DNA from: an uncultured Phycisphaerales bacterium
Lineage (GTDB): Bacteria > Planctomycetota > Phycisphaerae > Tepidisphaerales > Tepidisphaeraceae
Direction of reading: 5' to 3'
Length of the DNA: 64,000 nt
NCBI GenBank assembly: GCA_963755915.1
Contig: CAVWLP010000002.1
Coordinates: 3,680,001 to 3,744,000, forward strand
Positions 61,899 through 64,000 of the stretch are shown here, one piece after another. Position 1 is the first letter of the stretch; each line of letters starts with the position of its first letter. The notes under the pieces were generated by a model, which had not been told where the DNA came from, searched no databases, and saw nothing but the letters and a program-made list of their open reading frames with translations. A program made the position numbers and the translations under genes.

Positions 61899-62636
61899 TC
61901 ACGCCGTTAAACGATGCTCGTAAAGTTCGCGATAGTAATGCTCGCATTCATCCAGCAGCCCCTGCAAATGCGGGGGAATCACGCGCGGCTTATCTTCGTA
62001 TTTTCCAAACGACGCGGTCCTTTCCACTTCTTTATACCAGTATTTCGCCCAGACGCCGTCGGTTTCGCGTCCACCGGGCAGCCATGACAGCATTCGCTCG
62101 GAAAATTCGATCCCCAGCGATTCGCACAATCGCGACAAGACCGCACGCGGATCGCCAAGCACATCGCGGGCATCGATCACCGGCGGAATCTTCCGAGTCC
62201 AGCCGCGCACAAGCTGAAAAATCTCCAGTTGCTGCGGGTACCCGGTGTCTTCCAGCGCCGGCTCGGCAACGTGCTTCACATACGACGCGATTACTTCCCG
62301 CGGATCGCGGATCAGAAAAGCGTGCGTCATCTGCCGCATCCAATCGCGCGGCAACTGGGGCAACAGATGGTGAGCCATCTGCTTGTAATAGCAGATTCGC
62401 TTCCCCACCGGCGGGGGGGCGAACATGCGGACAATTGCCATGTCGGCATCGGCCGGCCCCGCGGCGATCACCTCATCGGCGCCCGGATGCGGCTTGCCGG
62501 TTTCACGAAGGTAGTGCGCATAGAGCGGCTCATCGAAAACCACCGTGTCCTCTCGATTGCCCCAGGCGCGCATCATGGCCGTGGAAATGTTTCGCGGCCC
62601 CGACCAGATCGATAAACGCATGACCGATTGCATCAA
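61899..62636 (-). CDS. Sulfotransferase-like P-loop protein paired with the aminotransferase
   Basis: WSGPRNISTA, DEPLY, LIRDP. Confidence 0.8.
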   Translation of the reverse strand: MMQSVMRLSIWSGPRNISTAMMRAWGNREDTVVFDEPLYAHYLRETGKPHPGADEVIAAGPADADMAIVRMFAPPPVGKRICYYKQMAHHLLPQLPRDWMRQMTHAFLIRDPREVIASYVKHVAEPALEDTGYPQQLEIFQLVRGWTRKIPPVIDARDVLGDPRAVLSRLCESLGIEFSERMLSWLPGGRETDGVWAKYWYKEVERTASFGKYEDKPRVIPPHLQGLLDECEHYYRELYEHRLTA

Positions 62637-62727
62637 TCCTGCTTCTTAAACTCGCTCCCCATCCCCGCTTGTCGCCGAAGCTGTAAATTGCACCTATTTA
62701 TGCAAGAAATCGCGTATCATTACAACC

Positions 62728-64000
62728 ATGACCACCCGCCACGCTCGACATCGCTTCTGCTCAGTTTTCGCCGCGATGCTTGGATTGATTTTATCCGCAC
62801 GAAGCCCGGCCGATACCCCGCAACCTGTGGTCCGGCAAATCCCCATCGGCCTGGCATTCGCCAACGACGGGGTCAATACCTCCATCTTCCGCGTCAATGC
62901 CCTGCTCAGCGCCGGCAATCGCCAGTTTGCGATCTACTACGCGCCGGATGGCACGGTCGTCGTTGGCGCCCGCGACCTGCCGAACGGCTCCTGGGACCTC
63001 GCTCGCCAATCATTTAAAGGCAATGTCCGCGACGCCCACAATGATGCGGTCCTCGGCATCTCCTCCGACGGACTGCTTCACATCTCCTATGACCATCACA
63101 ATAACCCGCTTCACTATCGCGTCAGTCAGAAGCCTTACGATATTCACACCTTCGGCGATGAGCTCCCCATGACCGGGCAGGACGAAGACAGCGTCACCTA
63201 TCCGCAGTTCATCAGCGGCCCCGATGGAAGCCTCTACTTTTTCTACCGTAACGGCGCGAGCGGAAATGGCTCGATGTATATGAACCGCTACGACGCCGCC
63301 AGCAAAACCTGGCAGCCGGTGCAGCATCCGCTTATCGACGGGCAGGGCCAGCGCAGCCCGTACTGGTGGCGTCCCAGCGTCGCCGCCGATGGAACCATAT
63401 ATATCGGCTGGTGCTGGCGCGACACACCCGACGCCGAGACCAATCACGATCTCTGCTTCGCGTGCAGCAAAGACGGCGGCCGCACCTGGCTTCGCAGCGA
63501 CGGCAAGCCGCAGGCTTTGCCGATCACACTCGACAATGCCGAGGTGGTCGATCCGATTCCCAGGGGCTCGAACCTCATCAACCAGTGCAGCTCCGCGGTT
63601 GACGACCAGGGCCGCTTCCATCTGGTTGAATATTTCAACGACGCGGGCGGCATTCCGCAGTATTTCGACGAGTGGTTTGACGGGCACGCCTGGCACAAAA
63701 GCCAGATTTCGCACCGCACATCAAAATTTTCCCTCAGTGGCGCCGGATCGCTGGCGATCCCGATCAGCCGGCCGGAAGTCGCCGTCTCTCACAGCGGCAC
63801 GGCCTGCGTGATCACGCGCGACGCCGAGGTGGGCGGCGGAATCCGCCTTTACGAATCCCGCGCACCTATCAGCAGTGGAATGTCATCGACCTGACCCACG
63901 AAAACCTCGGTAACTGGGAGCCGATGTACGACCTGGCCCGGCTGCACGATTCGAGCATCCTCAGCCTCTTTGTTCTTCCCGTCGAGCAGGGGAATCACGA
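62728..64000 (+). CDS. Secreted BNR-repeat protein; apparent frameshift near 63870, runs off window
   Basis: DAHND, VTYPQF, WCWR, SKDGGRTW; continues in another frame as NLGNWEPMYD. Confidence 0.82.

Noticed and set aside
60998-62636. Aminotransferase IV plus sulfotransferase-like pair as a novel system
   Set aside because: This pairing is a recurrent one in bacteria and shows nothing unusual here
4255-64000. About 18 frameshifts (near 4830, 11230, 11690, 27225, 31460, 36600, 37455, 43800, 47170, 47350, 48775, 52075, 55640, 56050, 56680, 57110, 57245, 63870) as pseudogenes or programmed frameshifts
   Set aside because: They are small indels spread evenly over otherwise intact genes with no accumulated in-frame stops, which fits long-read consensus errors better; read polishing would decide

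Overview
GC-rich bacterial window whose gene content (prepilin-type H-X9-DG proteins, LEPR-XLL and PEP-CTERM secreted proteins, poly-HAMP kinase) points to a planctomycete, probably Phycisphaerae-like (inference). In order it holds: an EmrAB/outer-membrane-factor efflux operon, a caa3-oxidase plus Rieske/cytochrome b-c respiratory operon, a PoxB-like gene, and a multi-PAS sigma-54 activator flanked by paralogous XRE genes. The standout locus is ~19.1-27.1 kb on the + strand: a 28-gene tRNA array covering all 20 amino acids (if the CAT tRNA is Met), with no encoded CCA and one tRNA-Arg interrupted by a 162-nt inverted-repeat element. It is followed by a small Gly-terminated ubiquitin-like ORF and four tandem structured RNAs that share an outer stem and a CCAACG...GAGCATACAAAC / GCTC...GYRACTT motif and carry circularly permuted tRNA modules (Y RNA/YrlA-like). 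Next come a helical+vWA (Ro/TROVE-like) protein, two hypotheticals and a ThiF/E1 enzyme. The rest holds two hybrid histidine kinases, a small HEPN-like + HNH islet and a large carbohydrate-utilisation/secreted-protein region (GH5, GH1, XylR-type regulator, BNR, PEP-CTERM). About 18 small frameshifts in otherwise intact genes look like sequencing/assembly indels.
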